In this document: positions 1-13,784 of the stretch, piece by piece
Numbering within the stretch: position 1 is the stretch's first letter
How the letters are laid out: each line of letters begins with the position of its first letter
NCBI GenBank assembly: GCA_046563655.1
Contig: CM102287.1
Coordinates: 4,526,001-4,590,000, forward strand
Direction: 5' to 3'
DNA: 64,000 nucleotides
Source: Yuukianura sp. NJ FZ-2021
Taxonomy: Eukaryota
The notes under the pieces: model-generated
The model's input: only the letters and a program-made list of their open reading frames with translations
The model's database searches: none
Told to the model about the DNA's origin: nothing
Position numbers and translations under genes: made by a program

Positions 1-3000
1 AGGCCATGCTTGTAGATACATACCCCTTACAATCATCTTGTTATTACATTGTGAATAATACATTACAGAATGTATTTTACGAATAATTTTCTCCTCAAAA
101 TGAAATCTGTGTTATCAATTCAAAATTTGGTGCAGTGCGGAGTACGGTGGCTTGGTTTTCGTAAAATAAGAATCGTAGCGCAAGGTCTTATGGAGAATCG
201 GCACAATTTGTCAGTCTAGAAGGTTGGATTACGCTTTGCGGATTCTAAATTTCTCCTTCATCAAAAGAATTAGCCAAGATTTTTCTCCTTTCACTCTTCT
301 CTTATCTCATTCTACACACACGATTTTGTAAATTTAAGTTATTTCGATAAATTAGTTACCAAATGTCATTTTCAGTGTCAAGGTTATTTGAATCGGTGTA
401 AAAACTTTGGTCAAGGGAAAATGTCAAAGCGGGAGATGGTTTTTCTTTTACTGTAGTGAAAATGTTAACCTATGGTTAGGGTTCATTTTCATTTTTGAGC
501 ATTTGGACTTAAGTTCTCCATTCCTTTCCGTGTGTGTGTTTCCATAATTGGTAGGTATGGCTGGAGGGCGGAGGAATTGTGGATGTACTTTCCCTACTTT
601 GTTTCCATCTCGAGCAGAAGTTAATTGGGAGAAAGTTGATAAGAATCGGAGGATTAAGAGGCCACTTTGGAGGCTCTTAACGGCCATTCCCAACTCCAAT
701 TTCCGTGGGTGGGCGAAACGGATGTCCACGGACTCCCTGGACCTAAGTCCAACCTTCGTCCACCCCAACAACGTCAAGAGTCATTTGTCATGACAACACA
801 AGGCCCACCGGACGTGGCTCGGACATGCCAATGGCTCCACCGGTCACGTGGAACGGCGTGACATGGCTCATCTGCTTTCTCGTCCAAAGTCAATTTCAAT
901 CCATTGAAACCTTGTCATCAATCTTCCAAGGCGAAAGCTATTTGGAATCTTCTAGGAAGAAAGTTCAAGTGCAACGCTGTAATACTATGACTATTAGTGG
1001 ATCCCTTCCGGAAAAGCCTCTCAACAGGTAGCTTTCTCCAATCAATGGAAAACGGCACTTGAAATTCCACACAGGAAGTCAATTTTGAATCAATTACTTT
1101 CCAAATTCCAATCACTGCAAAGGTTTCTCAAAATTTTGTTTCAAAATTTTGAACAGAACTTTCTTTTTTTAGAAAGCGAATCATGCTTTAGCATGCAAAG
1201 ATGCTTGCTTGTTTTGAAATTTCGTAAAAACCTTTTTCGAAAAGTTTAAATCCAAAAATCTAATTTCGAAAGTAAACTCTCACATGACGTCAGTTTCCAA
1301 ATTTCGAAATTTCCAAACTTTCACTTAAAGTTAAAACGTAACTTTCTCCAAATTGAAAATTAACGACGCACGTCAGGATATGACCTCGGCCCAGCAGTTT
1401 TGACCTTGAAATTTGGGCGTTTTTTTGAAGTTGTATTTTTTCGTTTTTTTTTTCTTCAGAGTTAAGTTTAGGTGTAGGAGGAAATTGAGTAATAAATTCG
1501 GAATGAGTGTTCCAAGGTGTCTCCTTGGTCTCCTTAAACCTAGTTTACTCTGGTACAATTTAATTGGGTTAAGTGTGTCCAGTCCAAAAGAGTTATGGAC
1601 GTGTGGCGGGAAGATTTGAAACATTTGAATTGACAGGGCCAATCACTCTTTGTGCTTTCTCCCGCCCCCGGTAAAAAATAGTTCTACGGAGGCTATTTTC
1701 AGATCACTTTCTCCGCTTTTCGGATCCCATCAGCCATTCTTAGTATCCACTCACTTTCATAGGCAGGAAATTTCAGACATTATAAACAACAGGTAGGCAA
1801 TGGCCATAGTTCAGTCACTGTAGTTGAGGATATCCTCAAATTCCAAGTCCTCATGTATTCATCGGAACTCGTGTATTCAATACAAGTACTCACGGACTAA
1901 AACTTACCAACGACATGCTAGCTGGCGTATTTAGAATTTCCAAAACTGACTTTGAAAAAATTGGAATTTAATACCAAGGATTTTTGATTTGAGGATATCG
2001 TCTCACTCCAATTGCTGATTAAAATTATTAGTTTGGAAATAAACTGAGGATATCCTGAAATCAGAATTCCTCAATACAAGTTTTTATTTTATTTTATTGT
2101 TTTACTTGAATTATAATTAAAACAACTAAGTAATTTGAAGTTTACTGTCAATGTCAAACTCGGTTGATTTGAGGACATCCTCAAAATTTCCTTCGAGCCA
2201 TAATAATGAAAGGGTTGAAGAAGTGCACTTTCACCTGGAGGAAGTTTTGATGCGTCGAAAAATCTACTTTTAACTTTTTGTAAAAGAAAGCAAGACTAGC
2301 AGATTCACTTTCTCTTTTGAAAGGAAACACCCAGAAGCTAAAATCTTCCTCCTTTAATTTTCCTGAGCTTAATTAAGAAAAGACGATTAATCCCCATCAA
2401 TTTAAGGATACTGTTCAAAACAACGTGCAAAGTATAAGTTACCTGGATAAAATGAAACTAACTGCGTACGAACCAGAATCCATTGTTTTCTTCCTAAAGA
2501 GAAACAGCTACCCACAGCATGAGGTCACAAGAACAAAAGGTCACTTGGATGGTTTCCATAAACTACTAAACTTTTCCTCCCAGGAGGGAGAAAGTTGGGA
2601 GATTATGAGCAATAAATTGAGATTTAAATTAGACGTGTGTAAATTAAGGATAATAAAACCTTTAGAGCTTCACTGTTTGCAATTGTGAACGCGGGAGTGG
2701 TCCATAAACGGGTATTACACGGGTACACCTTGCTTCAAGGCAAAAGTGAGAAATTACAATGAGTTTTTAGCCCTCACGTTATCCATATGTCCTAAATAAG
2801 AAGCCAATTAAGTCTCCGTTTTAGGTTATTACTAGGCTAGCACTAAATATAACCTAACCGTTAGGTTAACCTAACCTCAATCCTGTATGAAAGAACAAAG
2901 GACTTACGTTCGTAGGCGGCGAAATGAAAATTGAAATTAAGAAGAAACCGTAAAATTCTAAACAATCTAAATCTAAACTGTTGAAAAGCTTTCAGCATTA

Positions 3001-3792
3001 GTTAGTACATTATACATGTATTTTGCTTACTAACGAAAGTTTCGTAAAGCTTCGTAAGTTCTAATTAAAAGTAAAACTTGTGAAAAAAGTGAAAACAGAT
3101 CTTGAGCCGTTTAGGACGGGCGCCCGGCCAGACAGACATATCAAACCATGAAGTACCTTCCGTTACTTAAAAAAACTTTTTAAAAAACTAAGAAAAACAA
3201 CTTACTTTTACTAACTTATTTACTTATTATGTTTACACAGTTTTCCATTTGATAATAACAAATTCCCACATTAGAGAAATTAAAATTCACAACTGTCGCA
3301 TAGAATTTGAAGCATTTTGAAAGAAGAAAGCCACTTGAAAACCTGTTTTCCTGAAAAGTTGTGGGATTGATGTGTCAAACTAACAACATGAGGAGACTAA
3401 CGTTGCAATTTGCAAAACACTTTCAAAACAACATCACGTACTTGACCAATTGTGGAGAATCGAGAAATGAATGAAAAATAGACTCCTTGGTTCATAATCG
3501 TTCAACTTCCATGAAAAATTCATAGATTCAGGAGTCCACTTGAGGACAAATTGAAAAATAACAATGAAAAACTTTTTAATTTACTTGAGGCTAAAGTGAA
3601 AGGTGAAAGGTTTTTTCTTGGAAAAGAAATTACGAATACATACGAATAAAAAGAAAAGTTGTAACTTTTTTTTTTTTACCAAATTCAAATAAGTTTATTT
3701 GAATGGATTTCCTTACATGAAGTCTTAAAAGTAAAGGAAAGTATTTGTAAAATAGGTCTCCACCCACACTTTCTCCAACTTCCGAAACAGCT

Positions 3793-4694
3793 TTAGTGCT
3801 GCTTTTTCCTGAACGAACAGCCTAGAACGACAAAACAAAGTACGTTAGCATTAATTTAGCATCAGGGAGAGTGTAATACGCCAGTAAGACGTCATAAGCC
3901 TGTCGACAAAAAAACGTTTTAGCGTACCTTCTGTTAATCTCGCTCGTCCTCCGGTGGGCTGGCAGAGCACAGTCGAACATCCAGCACAAATAACAACGGA
4001 TTGGGCATGGCTAAACACTGTTGTGATCTTGTAGCAACCTTAGAAACAATCCAATCAATTATTTACGTTCTGACGTATCACTCAATCACATGCATTGTCC
4101 TAAGCCGATTCTTACCAGGGCATTTGACATCCATAAAGTAGGAATTAGGCTCCTGCACCAACCGCTTTAATTTGTGCTTCCTCTTCTCCTCCTCGGCTGA
4201 GGGATGTAGCAAGTCCTTAGCAAGCTAAAAAACAAAAACAAAAAGTTAATCGCACGATCAATTAATCAATCATTACGCTAACTCAGAATTAAGTCAATTA
4301 TTTAACTAAAAAATCATGTTTCATCTATGCATGAAATGACCAAAACAATTCAACACATTATTCTAAATGGTACTCCCAAAAGAAAAAAAACAGAACATTA
4401 ACCGTTATCTCTTGATCTCATTTCGTCTAAGAAAAAATCGACTGGTGTAATTCAATTGAAAGGTCAAACTAAGAACTCTGGAAAACGAATCAATTACGTT
4501 AGCCAACTTTACACAAATGAGTCATGCAATCTACTAACAATGAAAACCGGCATATGGGGTCTAATGCGCCATTGCACTATATAGCAGCTATACAAGAAAT
4601 GGGAATGACCCCGACATGACCCAAATTTCGGTCTGTTTGATCCCGTTAACTTAACCTACGTACAATACTATAACTACAGATTACTTACGGGCAT
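3793..4694 (-). CDS. RpS27: 40S ribosomal protein S27 (4 coding exons; absent from the ORF track)
   Basis: Spliced by hand: MP (4694-4689) | [37 protein letters not shown] | [37 protein letters not shown] | CSFRKKQH* (TAA 3795-3793). All introns are GT-AG and the C4 zinc finger of eS27 is present. Confidence 0.97.
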
Positions 4695-4788
4695 GATTAA
4701 TGATTAACGGCCTTTGAATTACTGGATTTCCAATTAATTGATGGAGCAGGGAGCACGGTACACGTTGAGACGGTGTAGCGAGCGTGTT

Positions 4789-4800
4789 GGAAAAGGGAAG
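4789..4800 (-). promoter_or_regulatory. Polypyrimidine initiator / 5'TOP tract of RpS27
   Basis: Minus strand reads CTTCCCTTTTCC about 95 nt upstream of the RpS27 ATG, typical of ribosomal protein gene start sites. Confidence 0.6.
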
Positions 4801-5152
4801 TTTCTCTACTTTGCCGTCGATCTCGTGTCGTCTTCTTTTTTTCGATCGCAACGCCTCTGCCGCGAGACGGCAAAACTAAGGCAAAAAATATGCAAATTTT
4901 ATAGCTGTCGTAGCCGCACTCGTGTATTTTTGAATTAAATTAAATTCAAGTGTTACATAATATGATAGGCAGTTAATGAGTGTTAAGTAAATTTGTGTTT
5001 TGAAAAGTTAAAATTTATGTAGAACGGTAAGAAAGAATACATGCAAATAGAGTTAAAAAGTTAATGATTTTGTAAATTTTTTACAAGTAAAAGCTCTACC
5101 ACATGTATCTTGTTTACCGGCAAAACATATACCATGTGACGTAAAATCAAAA

Positions 5153-5162
5153 GGCGCGAAAA
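5153..5162. promoter_or_regulatory. E2F-type site in the RpS27/HAT1 divergent promoter
   Basis: GGCGCGAAAA (reverse complement TTTTCGCGCC) upstream of the S-phase gene HAT1. Confidence 0.45.
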
Positions 5163-5535
5163 TTAGTCAGGCGCCAATTTAACTGTCTGTTTTTTTTATT
5201 TCCCGTCCCGTCTGCCGTCCCCCCGTTATGTGTTATCGTCTTAATTTGAATTTCTTAAAACGCTTTGTTTTGGATTTCGATTTCGATTGATTGAAGTTAA
5301 TTAATTTCTTCTGCGTCTGTACATTAACGTTCTTAAGTTTTTCGTGTTTTTACCAAGGTGAAGGGTGAACTGAAGGTCAACTGGTAATCAAACCTTTCCT
5401 TTACAGTGACGAATTAAATTGTATCGTCAAACGGCATTGAACTGATAAAGCGACAGGACACTAACTTTCGGGGTTAACGGCAAAAGGTCACTTGAATTGG
5501 TTTTCTTCTTGGCATTCGGGAATAATAAGAACAAT

Positions 5536-7446
5536 ATGGAAGGTAAAAGATGACATGAAAATACTACTACTAATTGTTTTGTTCATTCACTGCACTGTGA
5601 TTATTGGCTATTGTGGTTTATAACGTTGATCTCTGTGTTATTTACGCAGTTTCATCTTCAGCTATGGTTAAATTAACAAATATGGCTCAGAAAGTTGGTT
5701 TGGAGAGCTTCGTCGCTGATGGAAATGATGCAGTTACATTCAAATTGAGTAAGTCACTTTATCATTTGTGAAACAGCCCTGTATAAACCAATAAACTGAA
5801 AACTCACTCTTTTTAGTTCGCACAATCAGTGACTTGAAGAACGAAGACATTGAGTTTCACCCAGTGATGTGCCATCAGATATTTGGGGACGGGTGAGTGA
5901 ACATGAGAAATCTTTGCAATACTTTGGTTGACTGAAGTAACGTTTCGAAATGTTTTAGAGAGACTGTATTCGGGTACGAAAACTTGGAGATTCAGGTCTA
6001 CTTTGCCGCATCGACCTTGAAACCTTACATTGGCTTGAATTACTCTCGAAAAGTCAACGCAGCACTGTTTGATGGTGTTGAAGTAAGGTGTTTTCTTGTT
6101 CTCAATTCATTTTTTCAAGTTGCTGGACACAGTTGACTTCGAAATCTTCATTTTTAGGCTGATGACATCATTCGACAGCTACAGAACGCCATTCCGGGGA
6201 ACTTTACATCAAATCTAAACGAATTTTCGGCTCATATCGAAAACGAAGCTCCAGCATTCCATCCTCTTGGAGAACTCGTCCACTCCTTCCAGAAATCCTG
6301 GACTGATCGAAACCCTGACCAGAAATCTCCACCCAAAGGAATTTCCAAACCAAAGACTTATGAAATCTATGTCTGTGACGGATCTACTCCGAAGTTCCTG
6401 GAATACCATCAGAGAATGGAGTCTTTCATCCTATGGTTCATCGATGCTGCTTCTCTGCTTGATGCGTCTGATACACGATGGAAGTTTCATATTTTGTAAG
6501 CTTTGATTTCATTTCTGTCCTCAACGAAATCCTAAAACCTTCTGAAACCAAGACAATTTTTATAGGTTTGAAAAGTACAAAACTTCAGAAGGGAATCAAG
6601 CTTACGCTTTTGTTGGCTACGCTTCCATTTACGAGTTCTACCACTATCCAGATAAAATTCGTCCTAGAATTGCTCAGATGCTAATTTTGCCACCATTTCA
6701 AAAACAAGGCTTGGCAGTTGAGCTTCTATCGACCATTTACAATCGATATCGCAAGGATCCCCAAGCCATTGAAATAACCGGTAAGTTAACCTTTTCCGAA
6801 TTCGGTTTATCGGTTTTTCATCAAATTCCTTTTTACAACTTTTTTTTTTTCAAAATTCCAGTTGAAGATCCATCAGATGACTTTGAAGTACTGCGAGATT
6901 TCGTAGATGCCCGTGATTGCCTGGCTCTGCCGTCTTTTGCTCCAGAAAACCTCAAAAATGGATTTTCTAAAGAGATGGACACGGAGGCAAAAGAGAAGCT
7001 GAAAATGACAAAAGTAACTTCAGAAACGTGATTCACAAGACAATCAGCGATTACTTAATATCGCTTTAATACGTTTTTGTTCGTTTTCAGCGACAAGTAA
7101 AGAGGATCTACGAAATCTTACTACTCCGCAGTATCAATGTGAACAACGACGCTGAATTCGACAAGTTTAGGACCACCGTCAAGGAGCGCTTGAATATTCC
7201 ATACAATGTGAGCTGTTCTTTTCCACTCTAGTAAGAACTAAGAAGTTGACATTTTTTGCTTATTTTACGCAGAAACAAAACTCGGACATCAAGCGAATGA
7301 TGCGTCGGAACTACAACTCGTCAGAGCTACAGAAAGTTGTCCAAGTGGATGAAACTACGCGTCATACCGAACTGGAGTCGGACTTCCAGAACCTACTGAG
7401 CCACTACAAAACGATTCTGCGACGTCTCAGTACCTACGGTCACTAA
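5536..7446 (+). CDS. HAT1: Histone acetyltransferase type B catalytic subunit (multi-exon)
   Basis: Spliced peptides FHPVMCHQIFGD-GETVFGYENL, YHYPDKIRPRIAQMLILPPFQKQGLA (GNAT acetyl-CoA motif) and EITVEDPSDDFEVLRDFVD match the HAT1 family. The start may instead be the ATG in exon 2. Confidence 0.93.
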
Positions 7447-7849
7447 AAAGAGAGCAGAGCATTGACGAGTCGTCAGAAAACTTCCAACTCTGACGAATCC
7501 GGTTCGTTTACCGAAGTCGTGAAACAGGTTTTTAAGTTCTACCGGTACCGGTTGTGAGGTCTTCACTTTTCTTCTCTCTTTTTGTCACTAACTTCTCTGC
7601 CTAACACTAAACAATTAATTACTTAAAATTACCCTAATTAATGAACTTTTTTCTTCGTCCTGCTTGCGCAGGTTAAAATGTCAAAACGTAGTTTACTTTT
7701 CTCGGTCCGAATTGACACATTTCCAAAAATAAATTAACTTTTCTATTAGTACAACTACAATAGTGGTCATTTTTGGAAGAACTGGAAACACTGTGGTCAG
7801 ATATAAACGAAGTAAGTTTAAACAGTTAATAGTTAATCTCCATTAATAA

Positions 7850-9723
7850 TTAAATTAACCATTCAAAGATTTTTGTGATCTCTTCTGTCGTTTCTTTCAG
7901 GCCGACTCCCGTTAGATTCGTGAGCACAGCTACCGAGATGCCCTTGACCTTTGCTTGACCTTCGCCTGAACTGGAAGAATTGCAATCAGTTTCATCAGGA
8001 GTGAATCGAACGTGTTTTGGAAACGTTATCTGGAGCATCGCTGAGCCTCCGATGGCCGCTCCACCGTGTTGTACTGTCATCATATCTCGAGAGTGACAAA
8101 AGAGACACTTTGTCATTGGTTCTGCGGAACGAAATCCTTGAGCATAGAGGTCGTCTCTTCCGTCTACGGCTGTCCGCGGGTCACCTCTCCACATGGCTTC
8201 AACGGTCGAACTTTTCAAGTAGCCTTTTGATCCGGAAGTATCCGAGGAAGTTTCGATGCTGTTCTGGACAGGAATGTGCTGGTTCTGGTAGGACGCAAGG
8301 ACAATGTTTCCGAATTGAGCGATGTCGCCAACAGTCGACACGAATCCACCACCGGCCCATTTGTAACTGTTGTCAACGTATGGAGAATTCTGGATTCTTC
8401 CGGACTTCTTATCCAAACTGTAAGGACTATTTTAGAAGAAAAAAAAACGTTCGTTATGATTTTTTGAAATTATTTTTTCGTTATAACGTATTGATATACG
8501 TTTTGAAAATTTTTAAATTTTGATATTCCAGTTGACGTACGCTGCTCTGTTGTAAATGAGTGGTTCCGGTTCGTCGAGGAATGTGTTCTTAAGGCCCCAT
8601 GTTTGGAAGACTTGTTTGGCATATTTTTCAAAAGGCTTTCCAGCTATCTTTTCTACAACAGCGGAGACCAGCGTATAACCATGCGTGGTGTAGTGGTACT
8701 TCGAACCTAAACGTTTTTTAGACGTTTAGTAATATTCAAAACGTTTTTAGAAAAAATGTGTAAGAAATCGTAATTGTTTGTTTTGTACCAGGTTCATGAA
8801 GAAGAGCGTCGTTCTGGAAGAGTTCAAGCGATTTCTCGACAGAAGCGAACCGATCTTTGAGAAAATACTCCTTCAAATTCATTTCGTCAATGACAGCATC
8901 CGGTCCACCCTTGGCCTGGGCATCCAGCTCTTCTTTTTTTGAATAGTGACGAATTCCAGAGAGATGGCTCAACAGATGACGAGTCGTAATGGTAACCTGT
9001 AGACAAAGATTACAATTAACCCATGATGTTGACAGTTTTTGCAGAATATTCGCAAGTATACCTCTTTTCCGTCCACTTCCTTCTTTGGGAAGTTTGGAAC
9101 ATACGTTTGGACCGGCAAGTCAATGTCAACTTTTCCATCCTCCATGAACTTCGCCAGCATTGCCATGGTCATGGACTTGCTTATGCTGCCAATCCGCACA
9201 ACCGTGTCAGCCTCCATCTTGACCTCGTTTTCCAAATTGGCATAACCAAAACCTTGCGTCCAGCATGGCTTGCCGTTGACAGTGACTGCTACAGATAGCC
9301 CTGGAAGACCGTACCTGGCTTTGACTCGTTCGCAAACACGTTGTGCCTTCTTTATCGATTCCAGTAGGTGTTTGGACGATACTTCGTCAAAACGTTTCCG
9401 TGACGTTTCGAAGTCTGTTGCAACGTTGTCAACATTTTCTGTAATGTTTAGTATTTTTTGGTCGTTCGTGGCCATCCTAGTCTCCAGTGATGCGAAGGCT
9501 TCATTGCGCTTAAGCGACAGTGCGTAACTGGCAATCGCTGCTCCAACTAATCCTCCAGCTCCAGCAGAAGCAAGATACGCAAGGCTAGAACCCAAGTTGA
9601 AGTACTTTTTCTAAAATAGTGTAAAGCAAGGCAACAATTAATCGATTCATTTGGTAAAAGTAAGTTTTCATTTTGTTTCACTTTTCAGTTGAATTTTTGA
9701 TAAGCTTTGCTTACCGAAGCCAT
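7850..9723 (-). CDS. LACTB: Serine beta-lactamase-like protein LACTB (multi-exon)
   Basis: PGLSVAVTVNGK..W.QGFGYANLEN, RIGSISKS (SxxK), LMSHLSGIRHY, YTTHGY, YKWAGGGFVSTVGD and HGGAAIGG. First exon MAS at 9723-9715. Confidence 0.92.
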
Positions 9724-10682
9724 ATCGAATTTGATTTATCCAGAAGCTGAATGGTAAAAGCGTTGGTTAAAAATTGGAACCAAGGATGTTTTCGTTTTCA
9801 TTCACCGAATGTTGCGGAGGGTCAGGTTAACGTTAAAATTCATTTAGCCAATCTTCTACGTGACTTTAACGCCCTAAATCACATCATGCGTGATATATCC
9901 AACTTCCAAATCCAGACTTTTGCAAAGTACCAGTAGTAGCAGTACCTGATACGACATGAAAGATAAAATTGACGAGAGTATTTGCACATTTTATCAGTAA
10001 AAATAATAAAACAAACTGACTTGCTTAAATTCTAAATCTATTCTAAATTGTTCCAACACTACGAAATCTTTATGTGATGTATAGTTATACTATTAACAAA
10101 CAGCAAATTACAAATCTTACCTCAAATGATAAAGTTTATGGATCGTAAAATTGTAAGTGTGACCTTGACCTTGACCCTGGGTGTGCCAGCCCATTAGGAC
10201 CTACAGTTTCCGAAATGGTTATGAAATCAGCCTTTGCAAAGAACTTTTTCTGATTAATTTAGTCTATGTTTGATTTATATAATTACCTATGCAAATAGAA
10301 ACATATTGAAAGAAGGCTTCCCTCGGAGATCAGCTGAGAGCTCACACTTTTGACGATTATACTTGCACAAAATTCCAACGAATATTCAAAACCTGTACAT
10401 TATTACATCATATTCAATTTTAACTCGTACATTTTAGTTTAATCACTTTGGAAAACTTTATATTTTTCGCACAACCTTGCGAAATCCGTGCTTTTTGCTC
10501 TCAAGTGGAAATTCCACAGTGATTGAATTGAATTGGAGCTTAAAACGGGGTTTCTCCTCATTGCAAAATTCATCATTTCATTCTTAATTGAGCTGGCGAG
10601 GAGGGCAGTTGCAGCAGTAGGTGGCTGGATAAGTCAAAATTACGCGTCGATTAATCAATTGGCTTACTTTGGAACTGAAAAA

Positions 10683-11359
10683 ATGAGGAACTCGTTACCG
10701 TACTTCACAAAGGGAGTAGTCGTCAAGGGTTTTGGCCGTGGGTCAAAGAGCCTGGGTACTCCGACAGCAAATTTGGACCAAAGTGTCATCAATCAATTAC
10801 CAAGTGACCTAGGAACTGGAGTTTACTTTGGATGGGCACAGGTCAACAACCGACCGGTTTATCCAATGGTCGCCTCTCTTGGATGGAATCCCTACTTCGC
10901 TAACAAGACCGAATCCTTGGTATGAGATATCTAAGAACAAATATTTTTTGAATTTGAAGTAATTGATTAATTGAAGCCAGTTTTATCAACACAGGAAACG
11001 TACATTATGCATGAATTCTCGGAGGATTTCTATGGAGCAGAACTGAAGATCTGTTTGGCCGGGTATCTTCGGGACGAGCAGGATTTTCAATCCCTTAGTA
11101 AGTATTAATCTGATTCTGCACACAACTTGAAGTAATTGATCTGAAAGTTAATTAATTGCATGAATTATATTGTTTTGCAGATGATCTCAAAATGGCAATT
11201 CAAAAAGACATTGATGATGCTCGGAAAAATCTTCTCCGACCAGAGTTCCAGCTACTGGCTCAGGATTCCTTCTTCTCGAATCTCGCACTAGAACAGAATC
11301 TCAAAGAAAAAAATGTTTCCGTGTCGCCATCGTCGGACACCGTTTCTACAAAGTCTTGA
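10683..11359 (+). CDS. RFK: Riboflavin kinase (3 exons)
   Basis: VVKGFGRGSKSLGTPTANL, GVYFGWA, MVASLGWNPYF and ETYIMHEFSEDFYGAELK..GYLRDEQDF. Confidence 0.95.
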
Positions 11360-11799
11360 CCCTTCATTCTTCAAAAATCAATTCCACATCTGAGAGATCT
11401 TGAACATAGTCACTAGTTTTTTCACACGAAGAAGAGACGTCGACAAATCGTCTAAGTTCGCACCATGTTTTCACAGAAATCGTCCATTTGCAGAATCTTG
11501 TCGCCTCATTGTGTCCTCCCTTTCCATTGCTCCGCCCACTTCAGATTTTGGAATTTTAAATTCGCATTATTTTTTCAATTTCAAATCAACTTTCTTGTGT
11601 AGTACTGAAAATCAGTTAGTCGAAGTTTCAAAGGAAAAAAAGAGTCAAAACTAGGCAGAAACGCTGCTGCTGCTGTGAGTAATCAATCGAACAATAAATT
11701 TTGAACACAAGTCAATTTATTGAATTAAATTCATACCTCGTTATAGTTTGAAACTAATGGAGCAGGGAATGCGAGGTCAGAGGTCACGCTGGATCGATG

Positions 11800-12949
11800 T
11801 TAAGTTGACTTTTTCTTCTTCTTCTTGTCCTTACTATGCTTCTTTCTTGGAGGAGCAGGGCGTGGGCGGAGATGACGTGGACCTGGATTGTCAGTAAAGA
11901 CGGGGGCAATAATTTCTGGAAGTTGTGCTGCCAGGACTTTGTCTTCTGGAAAAATTATTTCAGCAGGGAATTTCCAGTGGTCTCTTACAGGAGTGAGACG
12001 TTGTTCTTTCTTAGTTGCCCAGTGATGAATCCGACATCGCACGGGAACCGTTTCAGTTTTGTTGATCTGCGAGATAGAGAAACTACTAGGGTAATCGGCA
12101 AGCTTAAAAACATGAATTGAATTAGGAATTCAAATTAGCCTTACAGTGACGGTGATAATGAACTCTTTGTTTTCCAGTTCCAAGTCTGGACCATTAATTT
12201 CTTCTTTGGGCATGGTGAAAGCGTAATCTGGAACCTCCACTTGAGCTTTCCGGAAAGCAGAACGTATATGCCAACGTTCAAGTGTCCACGGCTGTTCTGC
12301 GTTCATGCTGATGTTTAGAACAAACTTCTGCAGAAGTTTGACGGTCTGTAAAAGAAATGTCAACATTTCGGTAACTTGTAACTTTTTAGTTGTTGAAAGT
12401 TACTTGGCAGGGTTTGACTTTACCGTGGCCGCATAAAGCGAACTGAACGAGTCTTCCTTCCTTACTGTTCCGGCAGCTTCGACATTTTCTGGAGTAGCAT
12501 AAACCGCCGATTGAGTCATGATCAAGAACCGTGCCATTTTGGCTTTCACGGTGACGAGGTCTCCGGCCATTCCAACATCTAAACACAAAACGTAGTCTGA
12601 TTTCGCTAAGAACGGAGTATTTTATTGTATTATAAATGTTACCCTCGACGTATTTTTTGAGGAGGATTGACATCTGAATGGCTTTTGGTTGGTTGTCTTC
12701 GAGAGTTTCGTAAACAAAATGTCGTTTCCTCAAAGAAGGTAACCGCCTGGCGGAAGAGAGGGGAGTGTCATTGACTCGCTTGACTACATACGTCGTCTAA
12801 AATAAACAACAAACTTTGATTTTCAGTACAATGTCAATCCTCAAAAGATACAATATCCACTTCTTCTGTCAAATCTTGCTTACCCGAAATGGTTGAAAAA
12901 ATTCAACATTTTGCACAAATGGTTTCCATAATCGTGACCACAACGTCAT
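11800..12949 (-). CDS. mRpL9: Mitochondrial ribosomal protein L9 (bL9m), multi-exon
   Basis: MTLWSRLWKPFVQNVEFFQPFR (presequence-like) | TTYVVKR...RKRHFVYE; ILLKKYVEDVGMAGDLVTVK...AVYATPEN (L9 N-domain); MNAEQPWTLERWHIRSAFRK; VRCRIHHW. Confidence 0.88.
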
Positions 12950-13784
12950 ATTCATTTGTAAAAATTTTAATTAGGACTGTAAAAAATTGACAAAAGAAAG
13001 CAAACCAATGCGAGAACGCCTTTGAAAGCCGTGCTCCCGGTCGGTTGATCCTTCCTCGTCCACCTTTCCACTCGCTAATTGAAGTAACTTCGTCTTCACC
13101 AGCCTCAATCAAACTATACTTCGATTAAAAACTAATTAAAATTTCCATATTTAATTAACAATACTATTAATTAATTAACTAAAAAAACTAAAGACAAACA
13201 CCAACTTTTTTTTTTTACACTTTTTTTTGACTTTGTACTGTGTACGTAAAAAAACAAATTGAAATTGGTCAAATATTTAATTTGCGCGCCGAAACAATAT
13301 TTCTGTTTACGTGTCTCAACTTGCCCCTAATTGGCGAAGGATTGTGGCTGACAATAGCAATTTATTGTTCTCCGATAGAATGTTTAAAATAGGCAACCAA
13401 TTTAAACAAAAATTTAATTAAATCTGGTCTATTATAACAAAATTGTTAACTGAACTAAAAACCCATTAGCCTTTTGTTGAATAATTCGCCTTTCGCTTTT
13501 AAATTTGCCCACGTCTGGCTGTGGTACAAAATACATGTGAGTGTGCCTGTGTGCCGTACCCGCGCCCGCTAAACAAAGGATCAACGGACAACAAAACATT
13601 GCATTTTTTCACGAAGTTAAAGTTAATTGTTTGTTTGTTAGTTGATCAATTTGCAAATTGGGGAGACAACAATTACTTTGGTACAGGAGACTCATCAAAA
13701 GGTAAGCCAATTGTTTCAATTACTTTAATTAACTAAGACTGAGAGACTGACAAAGAAGTTAGGGTAAAAAGTAATATGCATAAA

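Noticed and set aside
448..1115. Overlapping short ORFs on both strands
   Set aside because: No recognisable motifs or consistent exon chain; probably regulatory or UTR DNA.
3822..4688. Possible intronic snoRNAs in RpS27
   Set aside because: CTGA motifs are present, but no convincing C box with a terminal stem was found by eye; a snoscan or Infernal run would be needed.
7850..9723. Beta-lactamase fold suggesting bacterial horizontal transfer
   Set aside because: It has introns and the motifs of the ordinary metazoan LACTB family.
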